This document shows positions 1 through 12,639 of a DNA stretch of 44,176 nt, piece by piece. Below the pieces are notes generated by a model that was not told the DNA's origin, did not search any database, and saw nothing but the letters and a program-made list of their open reading frames with translations. Each line of letters begins with the position of its first letter. Position 1 is the first letter of the stretch. The translations under genes were made by a program, and so were the position numbers. Source of the stretch: Octopus bimaculoides (Eukaryota); the NCBI RefSeq assembly GCF_001194135.2, contig NC_068995.1:38982366-39026541 (forward strand), given 5' to 3'.

Positions 1-33
<33 letters not shown>

Positions 34-68
34 TATATACATACATATATATATATGTATATATATAT

Positions 69-99
<31 letters not shown>

Positions 100-122
100 C
101 ATGCACACACACACATATATAT
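1..122. repeat. (TA)n/(CA)n compound microsatellite
   Basis: Directly visible dinucleotide runs. Confidence 0.95.
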
Positions 123-638
123 GAAGTACACAAAATCATATGCTCAATTTATACATAATATTTCAATAAATTTGTGTTGATGCACAAAGCAGTGAATGAA
201 TTATACATTCGATTAAAATTATGTATGCATTCTTTGATGTGGGATATCTCACATTCAATGCGGTCATACAGACTCACATAGCTGCGCGTACACGCACGCA
301 TTCGCGCATACATACATAGCCACTCACCCATATGCACACATTCAAATACATAAGAATTTTATAAATATGCATTTGTGTGAATGCATTTGCAATATAATGT
401 AATTTCATTGCTTAAGAATAAATTTGCACCCTAATGATTTATGGAGTAAAACCCTCAGAACTAACATAACAGCGAACAGAGACAGATATAGGACACCTCA
501 CAAATAAGAAATACTAGAAGGAAACAACCCAGAGTTTGAAATAATAATCTTTCTCCGGTAATGAGAAACGCCCGAGGGACTACACATAATGCTCAACGAA
601 GAGGCTCGAACCCCATAATTCGAACCATTTAGTCCAGA

Positions 639-848
639 CAGGGGCGGCCTTAAGGCAATTGCACCGATTGCTCCGAATCATGCCTCGCGCCCATAGGGGG
701 CCCCCGTCATTTCATGAAGGTGATATTGAAGTTTTAAAAAAAATACATAAAAATGCTCTTAAAAAATATATATATACTTTCTACACTTTAGCAACACAAG
801 GTGCCAAAAGATAAACCCATTCATCCAAAATTTCTAGGGTCCGCCTTA
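639..848. mobile_element. Possible hAT-like MITE (GC-rich CAGGGGCGGCC terminus)
   Basis: Left end caggggcggccttaag; right end reverse-complements to taaggcggaccctag, a degenerate TIR. Internal gggggcccc motif. No 8-bp TSD seen. Confidence 0.4.
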
Positions 849-1199
849 CTTGTATGTTTAGTGTATATATGCATGTGTGTATGTGAAGGTTTTGGAGTAC
901 TTGGCCAAAATATTTGTGTGTGTAACATTATGTATGCGGTTGTTTACGTTTATGGTGAACTGTATGTATATATGCGTGCGTACGTGTGTGTGTGTGCGTG
1001 AGGTACTATAAATATTCTTTGTATCTGTTTAATTTTGAAGAAACGTTTTTTTTATTTCAATAAAGTGTTTCAATGTCCACCCGATTTCTCCCCACCCTTG
1101 TGACATTTTAATCGTTATGCTTCCTAAATACGTTCATACTTCCACATTGGACGTTAATAGCCTACAGAATAATATTCATTGCACAATATAATATTTTTT

Positions 1200-1734
1200 A
1201 CGAAGGTAGACCAGTATTCACGCCAGAAAAAGCCATCATTTGTGTATGGTGGGATCAGAAAGGCATTATGAACTTCTCCCACAAAACCAGGCCATTAATC
1301 CTGATGTGTGCTGTCATCTATTGGCCACTTTTAACCAGAAAACCAAAGAATTGAGGCCGGATATTACCAACAAGAAAAGGGTAGTGTTCCACCAAGACAA
1401 ATGCCCACCACTGGTGGCTTTTGCTACCCGAACAAATTTACATGAAATTGTCTGGGATCTGTTATCCCATCCAGCATAATTTCCTGATGTAGTATCTGAT
1501 TACCACTTGTTTAAATCTCTACAGAACTTATTGCATGGAAATGCATGTAGGTAATTTTTTCTCTACAAAATCAGTTACATTTTATGCTGATGGAATATGC
1601 TAATTGCCTGATAGATGGGCAATGGTCATTAATAATAGTGGAAATTATTTCATTGGATAAAATGTATTGAAATGTCAGTTATTTGTATCCCTTTTGCATG
1701 TTAAAAACGCTCAGAACGTCCCGGACAACCTAAT
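1200..1734 (+). mobile_element. mariner transposase 3' fragment with right TIR (degenerate)
   Basis: Frameshifted KAIICVWWDQKG...YELL, RVVFHQDKCPP (HDNARPH-like), WDLLSHPA*FPDVV-SDYHLFKSL; ends ...cccggacaacctaat, a mariner-type TIR. Confidence 0.9.
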
Positions 1735-2714
1735 GTGTATTGAAAGAAGGGGTGTATTACCACGCAGGGATATAATTAGGAGAATTTGCTTTGGTGGGGT
1801 TGAAAATGCAACTGAATTGAGAAACGTGTAGTTGTTTTTCAAATATATTTATCTACATACACACCAGATTGGTTTTAACATTTGTTTGTTTGTTTATGAA
1901 TAGTACAAATATATATAAAACAAGGAGATTGTTAATAGAATTCAAGATTACGAAGTAGAAATCCAGAAACATGTTTAAACGATCAAATGTTCACATAAAA
2001 CTAAATTAGTTTTACAGTGATGGACACTATAAAATGTCCGGTGAAGCATATAACGAATGTACGTACACTAAAAGTTCGGTCATATTGAATTTTTATAGAA
2101 TATGTGGACAAGAACACTGTACGCGACACAAAAAAATAACCACACGAGTGACGACAGAAAATGTAACAAAAAATTACTCTTTCACTTTTCTCTTCTCTCT
2201 GTCGTCCACCGTGGATGATGGAATAATATTATCTTAAATATGGTATCCAATCCAATCTAATACTTACCGTCATCCGCCTTCTTCAAAATTTCTTCTTGCA
2301 TTTTGTTACAAGATAATAACCATCAAAGATATCGGGAGAAAAATGAAAATGAACATTTGTTTTCTGTAAGAAGCTAGCATTATGATGAATGAGATATATC
2401 TAAATATGATTTACACACAAAGATATCAATCAATAACAATGATAACATTATATTTATTGCATTTATCTATTGGATGACAAAATGTCTTACTCAAACTCAA
2501 GATTTATTTATTATGCTTTACTGACGAATCTAATTCCCTGTGCCATCTGACTTTTAAAATGCCTCAGGTCATGACAATAGTAGATTAGTAAATGTACACG
2601 AAAATGATAAATTCAAGATATATATCAATAACTAATGGTAGACGTTTAAATCTGCAACCACTTAGAACCGCACACATGAAGACTACAAATTCAATTATTG
2701 CAAAGACGTATCAG

Positions 2715-2800
2715 CGTTGTAAGAATTTTGCCTCCCAACTACATAGTTCCGGGTTCAGTCCCACCCCGCGTTCGATGACGCTTGGTCGAATAACTATTCT
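2715..2800 (+). mobile_element. tRNA-derived SINE 5' fragment
   Basis: tttgcctcccaactacatagttccgggttcagtcccac is a B-box-like head; related degenerate heads occur at ~11770-11935 and ~30140-30290 on the minus strand. Confidence 0.6.
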
Positions 2801-3266
2801 GTTATTAGCATTCTAGGATTTATAGTTTGGAATACTGTACTGAAGAGGGAAATAAGATCGGGTAATATAATTTACGCCTCTTTAATCCTGAAACGTGTAT
2901 ACAGTTAATCAAAGCCGGGTAGATTCGTTATTTTTTATTCTTTTTGGCTGTGTGATTTGCGAGCTCTACAATTTGGGAGATATATTATGGTAGTAGTTTT
3001 AACAGCTATTTCTAATTTCGATGTATGGTGAAGCAATTTTGCTGAACCCTAATTTTAATTATATATAGATATATATTAAATAGGTGCTCGTTTCGTTACT
3101 ACGAAGCGTGTTCCAGACATTCCGTGAATGGAACGGCAAGTTAAGATGCAAGTCACTCAACACACCACAAACAGGTGTATCTTCAAGACAGTTCCCAAGG
3201 AGATTTAGCGTAACAGGGCTGGTACTTTGAGTTACATGTACAACCAATGATTTTCCAGCTGAGGGG

Positions 3267-3858
3267 TTTCACTTAAAAAAAAAAAGAAAAAGCATTTTCA
3301 AATGCTCAGCTTAAGACTGTGTGTAGCCTTTGTGGTGTTAAAAATTAATTGACAGAGATGCATTAATATATAATATACAGTGATAGAGTCTATGACAATG
3401 ATAAAAATTGTTAAGAGAAGATTCGTGTTTAAACATTTTACATAAAAGTGTTCACATAGGCAGTAAAATGCGTACATAACTCTTTATAAGTTCATGAGGA
3501 ATTATATTTGTTTGTAAGTATATATACAGAAAGAATTTGTGGAGAGTGTTTGATACTGACAAAGCAATACACGCTTTCTCCTATCAAATACTTTATATAA
3601 ATTCTTTCTGTATATATGCATATACACAATTATGATTTCCGATGAACTTATAAACAATCATGTACGTATTTTACTGCCTGTTTGAACACTTTCATGTGAA
3701 CTGTTTAAATACAAAACCTCTCTTAACATTTTCCTATCATTATAAAAGAATATATCACTATATTTTAATACATCCATGTTAACCATCTTTTGACACCACA
3801 AAGGCTACACAAAGCCTTACATTTGACTCGAGAAAATCGTTTCCTTAAAAATGTGAAA
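3267..3858. mobile_element. ~590-bp fold-back (palindromic) non-autonomous element
   Basis: Nested inverted blocks: tgtgtagcctttgtggtgttaaaa (3320) / ttttgacaccacaaaggctacaca (3788-3811); gtgttcacataggcagtaaaatgcgtacat / atgtacgtattttactgcctgtttgaacac; ttataagttcat / atgaacttataa; tatatacagaaagaattt / aaattctttctgtatata; centre aaagc-aatacac-gcttt. Confidence 0.9.
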
Positions 3859-4699
3859 GAGGTCAAGTCAACAAACATCTTTAAATGACCTCTGCATTTT
3901 CAAATCCGCTTCCCTGTGTGTGTGTGTGAGAGAGAGAGTGTATATGTATATGTTTGTATGTGTGTGTGTGTATATATAGACACACACACACAAACACAGA
4001 CAAACATAAGCGCATATTAACGTTATAAAAAATACTGACTTCGTAAGATTTGAGGTAAATCGTTGCTTTTTCAGGGAAGATCCCGGAGTAGATGACGCTA
4101 TAAGTATAGTGGGCATGTATTGCATTAGAAAGCTCCGTGATAGAAAATGGTGAAGGCTGACCATGAGATTCGAACCTATATCATTCCCAAACAGGATTTT
4201 TAGATACCTCTAGACGTTACTAGTTTCTTATGACCTATATACATAAACAGAGACAGAGAGAGCGGAGGAAAGAGTGAGAGAGAGAGAGAGAAACATGCAT
4301 AGAGACAGACGGACAGACAGAAATGCAGAAAGACCGACATGCAGGTAGTCCGAGTGACAGATAGATAGATGCCCACACACTCTTTAAGAGAATACAACTC
4401 TCACACAAATATCTTGACTACATTAATCTTAACATTAAGGCAGAAAGGAAGAGTGAGCCAAAATATTTTCCTAGGTGTATTTTTAATCTCTACGATTTAT
4501 ATTTCTAACGTAAGAGGTGTAATATATAAACTAGAGCATTATTATTGGAGGTGGGTACCTGTATCAAATATTTGTTTATAGATTATAGATTTTTTATCCT
4601 ATAATCAATGTTAGCTATCAGTATTTTAAAAACTATAGAGGTTGACAGGACTGATTATATATGTACAAGTTCTTCCTGTGTGTCTTATAGTATGGTTTA

Positions 4700-5330
4700 T
4701 AAGAGCGAGAGGTTAAAGTTAAGGAAGCATCTAGCGCAGGCAAGAAATTCTTGTCTCTTTTAGATAAACATTTTCCGATAAATCATAGATACAGGAAAAG
4801 ATTTACAAACGCTCAATTCAAATATCATACAGCTCCTGGTCCAATATGAAGAAGTTCAAAACTCGTAAAAGTCCCAAAGAAACGACTCAAAGTTGTAAAT
4901 ATCGTGACACAGAAGCTTGCCAAATAGGCGTGTATGTTAAACCATGTAAGATACGAGGCTGAAATTACAGCTACGCTTCAAGATAAATCAATTGTACAGA
5001 AGAAGTACATCGGGTTATATGATGGCGAATTCAAGAGACGTTATGGAAGCCACGTATCTTCATTGTCGCACATCGATAAACGTAATGCAGTTAAGTTGGC
5101 TAGCCACGTATGGAAAATGAAGTGCACCTCCACACCACATACAATAAAGGGGAGAATAGCGGAGAAATCGAAGCCATATGTTAGCAGATCTAAGAAATAC
5201 AACTCCTGCGTATCAGAAATATTTCTTTATCTTCTTAGGTCCAGCAATTCCAGCAAGCTTCTTGACTGCGTGTCTGAAATTTTTAAAAATACATAAACAG
5301 GTTTCTTTTATCGAATTGTAGGGGTCATCC
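4700..5330 (+). pseudogene. Penelope-like element (Neptune-type) linker + GIY-YIG endonuclease fragment
   Basis: AGKKFLSLLDKHFPINHRY upstream. ORF 4934-5296 contains VRYEAEI...KKYIGLYDGEFKRRYGSH...KLASHVWKMK...KPY...CVSEIFLYL, the PLE GIY-YIG pattern. Confidence 0.88.
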
Positions 5331-5949
5331 GTTCCAGAATGGAGTTACTGTCTCGCAGATATTGACATATTTTCTGCAACGAGGGTCTTAATTTTCTTGG
5401 CTTCATTTCTTTTGTCTCATTTCATTATTGCACCAAACGTCTTCACGTTTATTCCATGTTTTATTTTTTTCTTATAATTTCACTATCCAGCAGTTCGTTT
5501 ACATAGTATCTATAACTCATAAACAGATCCTGAAAAATTGCTTCTATGCACTATGAGGCCATATGAGAGGCCCTGTCAAGGTAAATAACGCAATATTCTG
5601 TGTTCTACAACACCTTCCACGCCAGAACTACAGGGGTCTTAAGGAGAAAAACTTCCCTGAGAAAAGACAAAAATCGTCCCTAAGGAACAAATATTGAAAA
5701 GACGTGCGCTATTCAGAAGTTATGCGCAATGCATCAGTTGAGCAAGAGACATTTTTGTGCATGGCACCAAGGATTGTGCAGCAGCTGACCTGGTTATACC
5801 AAGCGCGAACAAGAAACCTTGCCCACCACTGTGCTAGACCACTGGAGTCAGCAGACACGGGATAGCCTACCCTGACACTTGCACAGTCGTTACGCCAATA
5901 TTTGTACAAAATATTGGGGGCCTGTTGCATCATAACAAAAACAATTTTC

Positions 5950-7800
5950 TTTTTCCTGAGAGACTTTGTTTCTTGCAATCAAGCTGTAGACATAGAACTC
6001 GTGGAAACTCACTTCAGTCCTGATATAGAGGATGCAGAAGTACACATATCAAATATGCCATATTGCGAACAGACAGAAGGGAAAGGATCCATGGTAGAGT
6101 CGCTGTATACATCCGGGATAACCTCACACCCCAGGTCTTTCTGTCATACTTATATTCAGTATGTGACACTCCAATTGTATGCATCAGACAACACAATATA
6201 GTCATATACAATGCATATCGCCCACCAGATGCTCCAAACCACATAGGCAAGTTTGAAGATTGCCTCACAAGAATTGAAGAAGTCCTTATGAAACTGGAAC
6301 ACCATGTGAGCGTATTTTGTACGGATCATTTCAACTTCCCCAATGTGAAAAGGTCCGAAGGGCTCATGTCCTCAGAAATGACTCATTGCAAACAAGCACA
6401 GGTGGAGTCCCTACTCAACCTCCCCAATGCATATTACCCACCGGATGCTCCAAACCACATAGGCAGGTTTGAAGATAGCCTCACAAGAAATAAAGAAGTC
6501 CTTATGAAACTGGAACGCCACTTGAGCATATTTCTACTGGGTGATTTCAATTCCCCAACGTCGAATGGCCCGAAGGACTCATGCTCTCAGGAATGACTCA
6601 TTGCAAACAAGCACATTTGGAGTCTCTGCTCAACCTCACCAATGCCCTATTCATGGAGTAAGTCGAACTCAGACCAACTCGGGCGAATAGAATTTTGGAT
6701 CTCTGTTTCACGAACAATATCGAAATCGTCCATGATGTGAAAATGAAGCCGATATTAGTCTCGGATCACAACATTATAGAGCTGTCTCTGTTTGGGCCGA
6801 AAGTAGCCAGAGACATACAGCCTAAAGGGAGCACGCGCAACCTCTCCAATCTGATTTCATATCCTATCGCTCTGATTTCACAAATCAGCAATGTCATGGA
6901 ACGGATAATCAGAGGAAAACTAATCGCATTCCTCGAAGAAAAGAATTTGCTGAGTAATACCTGGCACGGCTTTTCTACCTGGTAGGAGCTGCCTGACCCA
7001 GCTCTTACGACGTTACGTCTGGATGTTGAGGCAGTTACTCAACAACTCAAATGTGGATGTAACATACCTTCATTTTGCAAAAGCTTTTGACAAAGTGGTT
7101 CATGGTATGCTATGCCATAAACTGTGTGATCTCAGCCTAGCAGGACAACTGGGAGAGTAGTTACATAACTTTCTGAAAGATAGAACGCAAGCAGTAGTGG
7201 CCAATGGAGCCACCTCAATGAAAACACAAATAGTGAGCGGTGTTCCACAGGGTACTATCTTGGGACCACTGCTTTTCATAGTGGCCCTCTCAGATATGCC
7301 CACAACTGCCCGGATAACCAACCTTGCTAGCTACGCAGACGATTCGAAAGTCTCGCAGAAAATACAGAATCCTCGCTGCCGCAGGGTTGGAGTCAATTTA
7401 AAGATAGGCTGAGGATAATAATATGCAGTTTAATGCTGAAAGATTCCAAGCCCTGCGCTACTAGTGTCCAAAACTAAATATAAAACTTACAGGGTACACT
7501 GGCCCACAGTAGATTACAATCCCACAGCCTAAATCAGTGAGGGACCTGGGTATCGACATGAGCGATGGTACCTCTTCCCCAGTGCACATCACCAGGATGT
7601 CGAAAAAGTGCAGACGACTGGGTGGATGGATCCTGAGAACATTCGTCCTCAGCTGCCTGGATTACTGCTCCCTGCTATGGTCACCGAACAGTGTAAACTT
7701 AACAGCGGACCTTGAAGCAATCCAGCGAAGCATTACAAAGAAGATCGTCTTATTGCAACAGCTCAGCTACTGGGAAAGGCTGAAACAGCTAAGACTCTAT
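5950..7800 (+). mobile_element. CR1-clade LINE ORF2 fossil (AP endonuclease + reverse transcriptase), internally deleted
   Basis: ETHFSPDIEDAE, GRVAVYIR, AYRPPD, LGDFN, LDLCFTNN, SDHNIIE (endonuclease); PIALISQISNVMERII, FAKAFDKV, SGVPQGTILGPLLFIV, YADDSK, LDYCSLLWSP (RT). The endonuclease runs almost directly into the RT at ~6840, so the tether region is missing. Confidence 0.93.
6209..6639 (+). repeat. 216-bp tandem duplication inside CR1 endonuclease
   Basis: Unit 1 is 6209-6424 and unit 2 is 6425-6639. caatgc occurs at 6209, 6425 and 6640. The protein repeat NAYRPPDAPNHIGKFED / NAYYPPDAPNHIGRFED is visible in ORF 6063-6596. Confidence 0.95.
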
Positions 7801-8579
7801 ATCGAGTTCATATATATTTCTGGCTGTAGGATATTTAGGAAGCCGAAAATATGTTGCCTTCCACATAGCTGTCTTTACACAGACCAACAGTTTGAAACAA
7901 AAAGTCATGTAAACTATGACAAACGAGACAAAATTAACAAAATCATGCGGTTGACAGTAATTACCGATGTCTTCTTCCTACATCTAATCAGCATTCGAAA
8001 ATAGTATCACCGTTATACATGTAAAAATTACTGGGTGTCATTGAAATATTAGTACTTCTTGCAAGAGATTATTCGTAAAGCGCAAAATATTGTAGTACAT
8101 ATACAATATATCCTTTTATCCTAAGAATAATGATATCTGAAAAAAACTTACAATTGATTACGGAAACATATTCAAAGAATTAAACAAATATGCCAGCTAA
8201 AAATAGAAAGTATACTTGTTTCGAGCTTGTTTCTAAACTAGTATTTAAGATCCTAGGTAAGTACAATATATTAATACATTTTTCTAATTCTAGAATACAA
8301 GGATCATAAGATTTTTCCCTTAATAAAAAAGCATGTCACATTCTCACATATTCTAATGAATATATAAGAATGCGACATACGGCATATCCGAAAGCCGGAT
8401 GTGTTTCGATAATATTCGAGAGGAAATACTATGCAGATACTTACATTTTTATGAGCAAAATATGAATCATAACAGGAGTGTATATATAGTAACGCTTCAT
8501 ATCCCTTCGAAAATGTGATTTTTGTATCGATTTCTAAATTTAAGCTAATATCTAAAGTATTAAATGCGTTAATTAAATA

Positions 8580-9998
8580 TTGGGTTGACAAATAAGATTC
8601 CACGGTTTTTTTTTTCCTTTTTATGAAAACTTTTTTGAAGTTTTAATAAAAAATAACAACTAATTGACCAATAATGTATTCAACCTTGCTGTTTACAATT
8701 TCTTCCTAATGTTCAACAAGATTTTCAATACCACCTTGGTAGATATCACCTGACTTCGACTCGAACGATCTATCCAACCAAGCTCTAAATTCTGCATCAG
8801 TATTGAACCAAACTACGCGCATATCATTTGAATGAGATCGAAAGAGGTGGAAATCCGTTGGTGCCAAATCAGGAGAGCAGCAACACTTCCCAGCCATGCG
8901 TTTTAATGTCTTCCTTGGTCATATTGGCGATATGAGGGCGGGCGTTGTCGTGCAGCAGAAGAACTCCATGCTGCTGATTAGGTCTTTTCTCTTGGATAGC
9001 CGTGTTGCGTTGTGCCATCTGTTCAACATAGAATTCCGCGTTGCCCGTTTGGTTCCGTTCAAGCAGTTCGTAATGGATATTCCTTTCTGAGTCCCACCAT
9101 ACGCACAACATCGTTTTACGCGGATGAAGATCTTGTTTCATGGGCGATGTCGCTTGTTTACCGGGGCTAAGCCATTCCTTACGCTGCTTCATATTGATGT
9201 ACAGGCACCGTTTTTCGTCGCTTGTAACGATTCGGTAAAGAAATCTTTGCTTGTGTCCATGAGTTGAGGGGTAACGAGCAAGCAAACGAGCGGAGATTGT
9301 GGCTCGTTGATTTTTGTTGTTGTCACTTAAAGCATGCGGAACACATGCTCCATACTTCTGAACCTTTCCCTTCAAAGGAAGAAGCTTATCCATAGCAGTG
9401 TGTGAGCATTCCATTTTCTCTGTCAGTTCCCTTGTCGTTTGACAAGAATTTTCGTGAAAAAGTTCGTTTAATCGCTCTTCATCGAACTCAAGTGGACGGC
9501 AGGTACGCGGTACGTCTGTGNNNNNNNNNNNNNNNNNNNNNNNNNNNNNNNNNNNNNNNNNNNNNNNNNNNNNNNNNNNNNNNNNNNNNNNNNNNNNNNN
9601 NNNNNNNNNNNNNNNNNNNNNNNNNNNNNNNNNNNNNNNNNNNNNNNNNNNNNNNNNNNNNNNNNNNNNNNNNNNNNNNNNNNNNNNNNNNNNNNNNNNN
9701 NNNNNNNNNNNNNNNNNNNNNNNNNGCAAAAAGGAGGTGTCAAAAATGCTCGTTTTTCTTAACTTGACATTCCATTTTAATGATTTGAAAATAAACAAAA
9801 TAAAATTAAGTAGAAAATAAAATTAACTAGAAAAAAAAAAACTAGAAAATAAAATTAAGTAGGAAAAAAAAAACACAAAGATGCAAAAATGATTCAAAAG
9901 TAGAATTCTCGGAAAAAAAAAAAGAGATTCCAAAATTTAACAAACGCAATAAATTCCAAAATTTTTGAAAACAGCGGGAACATATTTGACATCCCAGT
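8580..9998 (-). mobile_element. Near full-length mariner (DD34D) fossil spanning an N-gap
   Basis: RIVTSDEK, RKTMLCVWWD, LLHDNARPH, SPDLAPTDFHLFRS motifs. TIR ttgggttgacaaataagattccacgg at 8580 preceded by TA; degenerate counterpart aacagcgggaacatatttgacatcccagt at ~9970-9998. Confidence 0.93.
9521..9725. other. Assembly gap (N run); other gaps at 25136-25321, 30570-31392, 35683-35692, 36125-36263, 36818-36827, 40565-40729
   Basis: Runs of n in the sequence. Confidence 1.
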
Positions 9999-10534
9999 TT
10001 ATCTGGAAATAATCCAAATATATACTATTTCGGAAATTATCCTAGAGTTGTGGAATAATTTGTAAGGAATAAGGAACTCAACATCTCTGCATAGAACATA
10101 TAGTAAATTTCGAAAACTATTCAGTAATTGATTGACGAAGATACAAAGAAGTTCACACATTTATGAGCAAAGTATAGACTATATATCACTATATGGTAAC
10201 TAGCATCATTATTAACTTTAATGGTATGCGTGGCTGTTTTGATATCTGACTCCTTCAGTAGGGGATCATTCATGGTAATAAGTTGTACGTTTTAGAGCAA
10301 AATGTTTGTTAGTGCATGAAAAATTGCATCAATATATTTTCTAGCGATAGTCATTATTAAACAGCTAATGACAAATATTTCCTAATGGCTAATTGGATAT
10401 TTCAAGATGCCGATTAGTGTACGCTATAACTAAATCCATTTTGATCGAGATTAATTACCCTCAAAATAGCTAATTCATATGATTCTATTATAATTCCAAA
10501 TATAAGAACTTAGAAAACATTAACCTATTATCGA

Positions 10535-10601
<67 letters not shown>

Positions 10602-10602
10602 T

Positions 10603-10657
<55 letters not shown>

Positions 10658-10684
10658 CGGCGGCGGTGGTGGTACTACTGCTAC
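10535..10684. repeat. (TAG)n microsatellite with GTG/GCG interruptions
   Basis: Directly visible; accounts for the poly-Thr ORF 10488-10700. Confidence 0.97.
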
Positions 10685-10854
10685 TAAGAAAGTTATCCAT
10701 TCGGCGGGTTCAAAGACATAAATGACGTCCTTGTAGATGGCAAGTGGAAATAATCATACTAATCTAGCAGGGTCCTGGAAGTTTACTCAAAGCCAATACA
10801 TGCTATGCTAGGATAAGGCTTGCAAAATGTTGTACCGGTAACTTAATAAAACAA

Positions 10855-11731
10855 TATAGATGCAACAGTCAAGTGTAGAATCATTAACCTCATTAAAACA
10901 TGATGAATATATTGTCATCTAAATTGCGAAGAAATGAAAATAACACTGAAATCTCAATTTTAACAGATATATTTACCAGAATTACATTACAAGAATAAAT
11001 GTATTCATTAATATCGCCAATGTCTTCGACCACAGCCTCCATAAAACTTTGGAATATCCAACAACTCCTCTGGACGACCTCTTAGTTAAATGCTGCCATA
11101 ATGATAAATTAGTTCATCATTGATCTTACAAGGAGTTTTGTTGGTCTCTTGCACCAACTGCTCCCACACAATAATCAACGGGATGTGTTAGTCTTGGGAG
11201 TTAGGTGGCCAGATGTTAAAGGTGATGAGGTCGCAGAAATTGTCTGACAGCCATGGGTGTGTTCTCCTGCCTGGGTGGCATGGTTCAGAGTCTGTTGCAG
11301 CACATAGGGCTTTCCAGCAACCACTCTGTTGAAGCAGGGCAGCACAACCTCCTCTAGGCACTCCCGTGTTGAGTCTGAGGTCGTGTGTGGAGATGACTGG
11401 AAGCATAATGTCACCAACACTAGTGATCACACCAAACATCAGGATGTTGACCGGATATTTGATTTTTATCACTTTATGTACATGTCCTCAGATTGACACC
11501 CAAACACTCTGAAATGTTCGTATTGGAGCTTTCGCCGCGAATGAAAAGTAATACAACCTATCGTTTCCACAATTTCTGGTATAGTGAATTGCGTCATTTT
11601 GCTGTTTTTCTTACAGACGGTGCCCAACTGACACTAGGTGGAATGTGTAGTCAACAAAATCAAAAAGAAACAACGCACCTGCATGAAATTAAAAACATAA
11701 AATGGCAACGATGTACCCATCGCAACCTGTA
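10855..11731 (-). mobile_element. Internally deleted Tc1/mariner-superfamily element, DD37D (maT)-like
   Basis: N-terminal MTQFTIPEI...SSNTNISECLGVNLRT is joined at ~11480 to KIKYPVNILMFGVITSVG...VAGKPYVLQQ...WLSDNFCDLITFNIWPPNSQD. Degenerate TIRs: tacaggttgcgatgggtaca (minus, from 11731) and tatagatgcaacagtcaag (10855). Confidence 0.8.
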
Positions 11732-11769
11732 TGTGTTTATGGCCGGATTCCACAGACATTTCGGCAACC

Positions 11770-11935
11770 AAATTCGATGAAATGTCATTGGTTAACTGAG
11801 GCTTATGACACAGGACAATTGCTCAAGTTACTTTCAGTAGGACGAAATCTGAAACCGTGCTACTGGCGGTGTTTGTGTGGTGAGCTACTCGACCATGAAG
11901 GCATACATGCAGCGATATGTAGAAACATTTGTATG
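11770..11935 (-). mobile_element. Degenerate tRNA-derived SINE 5' part
   Basis: Reverse complement resembles the SINE head at 2715 (ggtttcagatttcgtcctactgaaagtaacttgagcaa). Confidence 0.45.
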
Positions 11936-12639
11936 TGAATTTGAAGTAACAGGATTTGCATCATACCATTAGAGAAGAAAACAAGTGTGTTACTTATTTT
12001 AAACTTAGATATTCGGTTTGGAATAAAACGTTATTTAAGGATACTCATGAGAAAGAACTAGATTCAAAAGAACTCACACACGGGTAATATTTTTAAAATT
12101 TTATTCTTTATTTATTCTGTCTATGGATCGCTAAGCAGCCATCTTTCATTTACATAGCAAGTTTATTACAATCTAAAGAAAAATGAATGAGCTATAACAA
12201 TATTCACTATAATATACTTTCACTGAACTTTACAAATATTTTTTATCCCCACAGGATAGATAAATCTGAATTTGAAGTAAATAACATCGTGTCTCCATAA
12301 TAACTTGTTTAACCCGTCTTGATTTCTGCTAACCGGATACTTATATGTATTTTTATTCTTCTTAACCATGAATTTCTGTGTAACTAAATTCACAGTAAAC
12401 ACTGTGTATTTTGTTGCTTAGATTTATAAGCCATTCAGTTTAATGGATGAGTCTGTCTGGAATCGAGTGTACAGGAGTTGCTTTATTTATCATAAATCTT
12501 TTACGTTGTATCGACATCTACATTAGCTATTTCGCACCGCAAAAGCAAATTCGTTAATAACACTAATAATAATTTGACATATTTCGCAAACATTGCGATT
12601 TTTAGTGGATGTGTATAGGTTTACTACATTCACCCCAAG

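Noticed and set aside
597-608. cgaagaggctcg, also at 27138-27149, as a hammerhead core
   Set aside because: No CUGA box or stems; the 27-kb copy is explained as coding sequence (EEAR) of the PLE pre-RT region, and a 12-mer match is weak.
8443-10210. Similar acattt..atgagcaaa..tat segments on both sides of the mariner at 8580-9998
   Set aside because: Too short and diverged, and not adjacent to the TIRs, so not a TSD; likely chance or a decayed AT-rich repeat.
10488-10700. Poly-Thr ORF, and similar ER/LS/CV/TH/YI-repeat ORFs at 28-36 kb
   Set aside because: These are translations of microsatellites with no coding signal.
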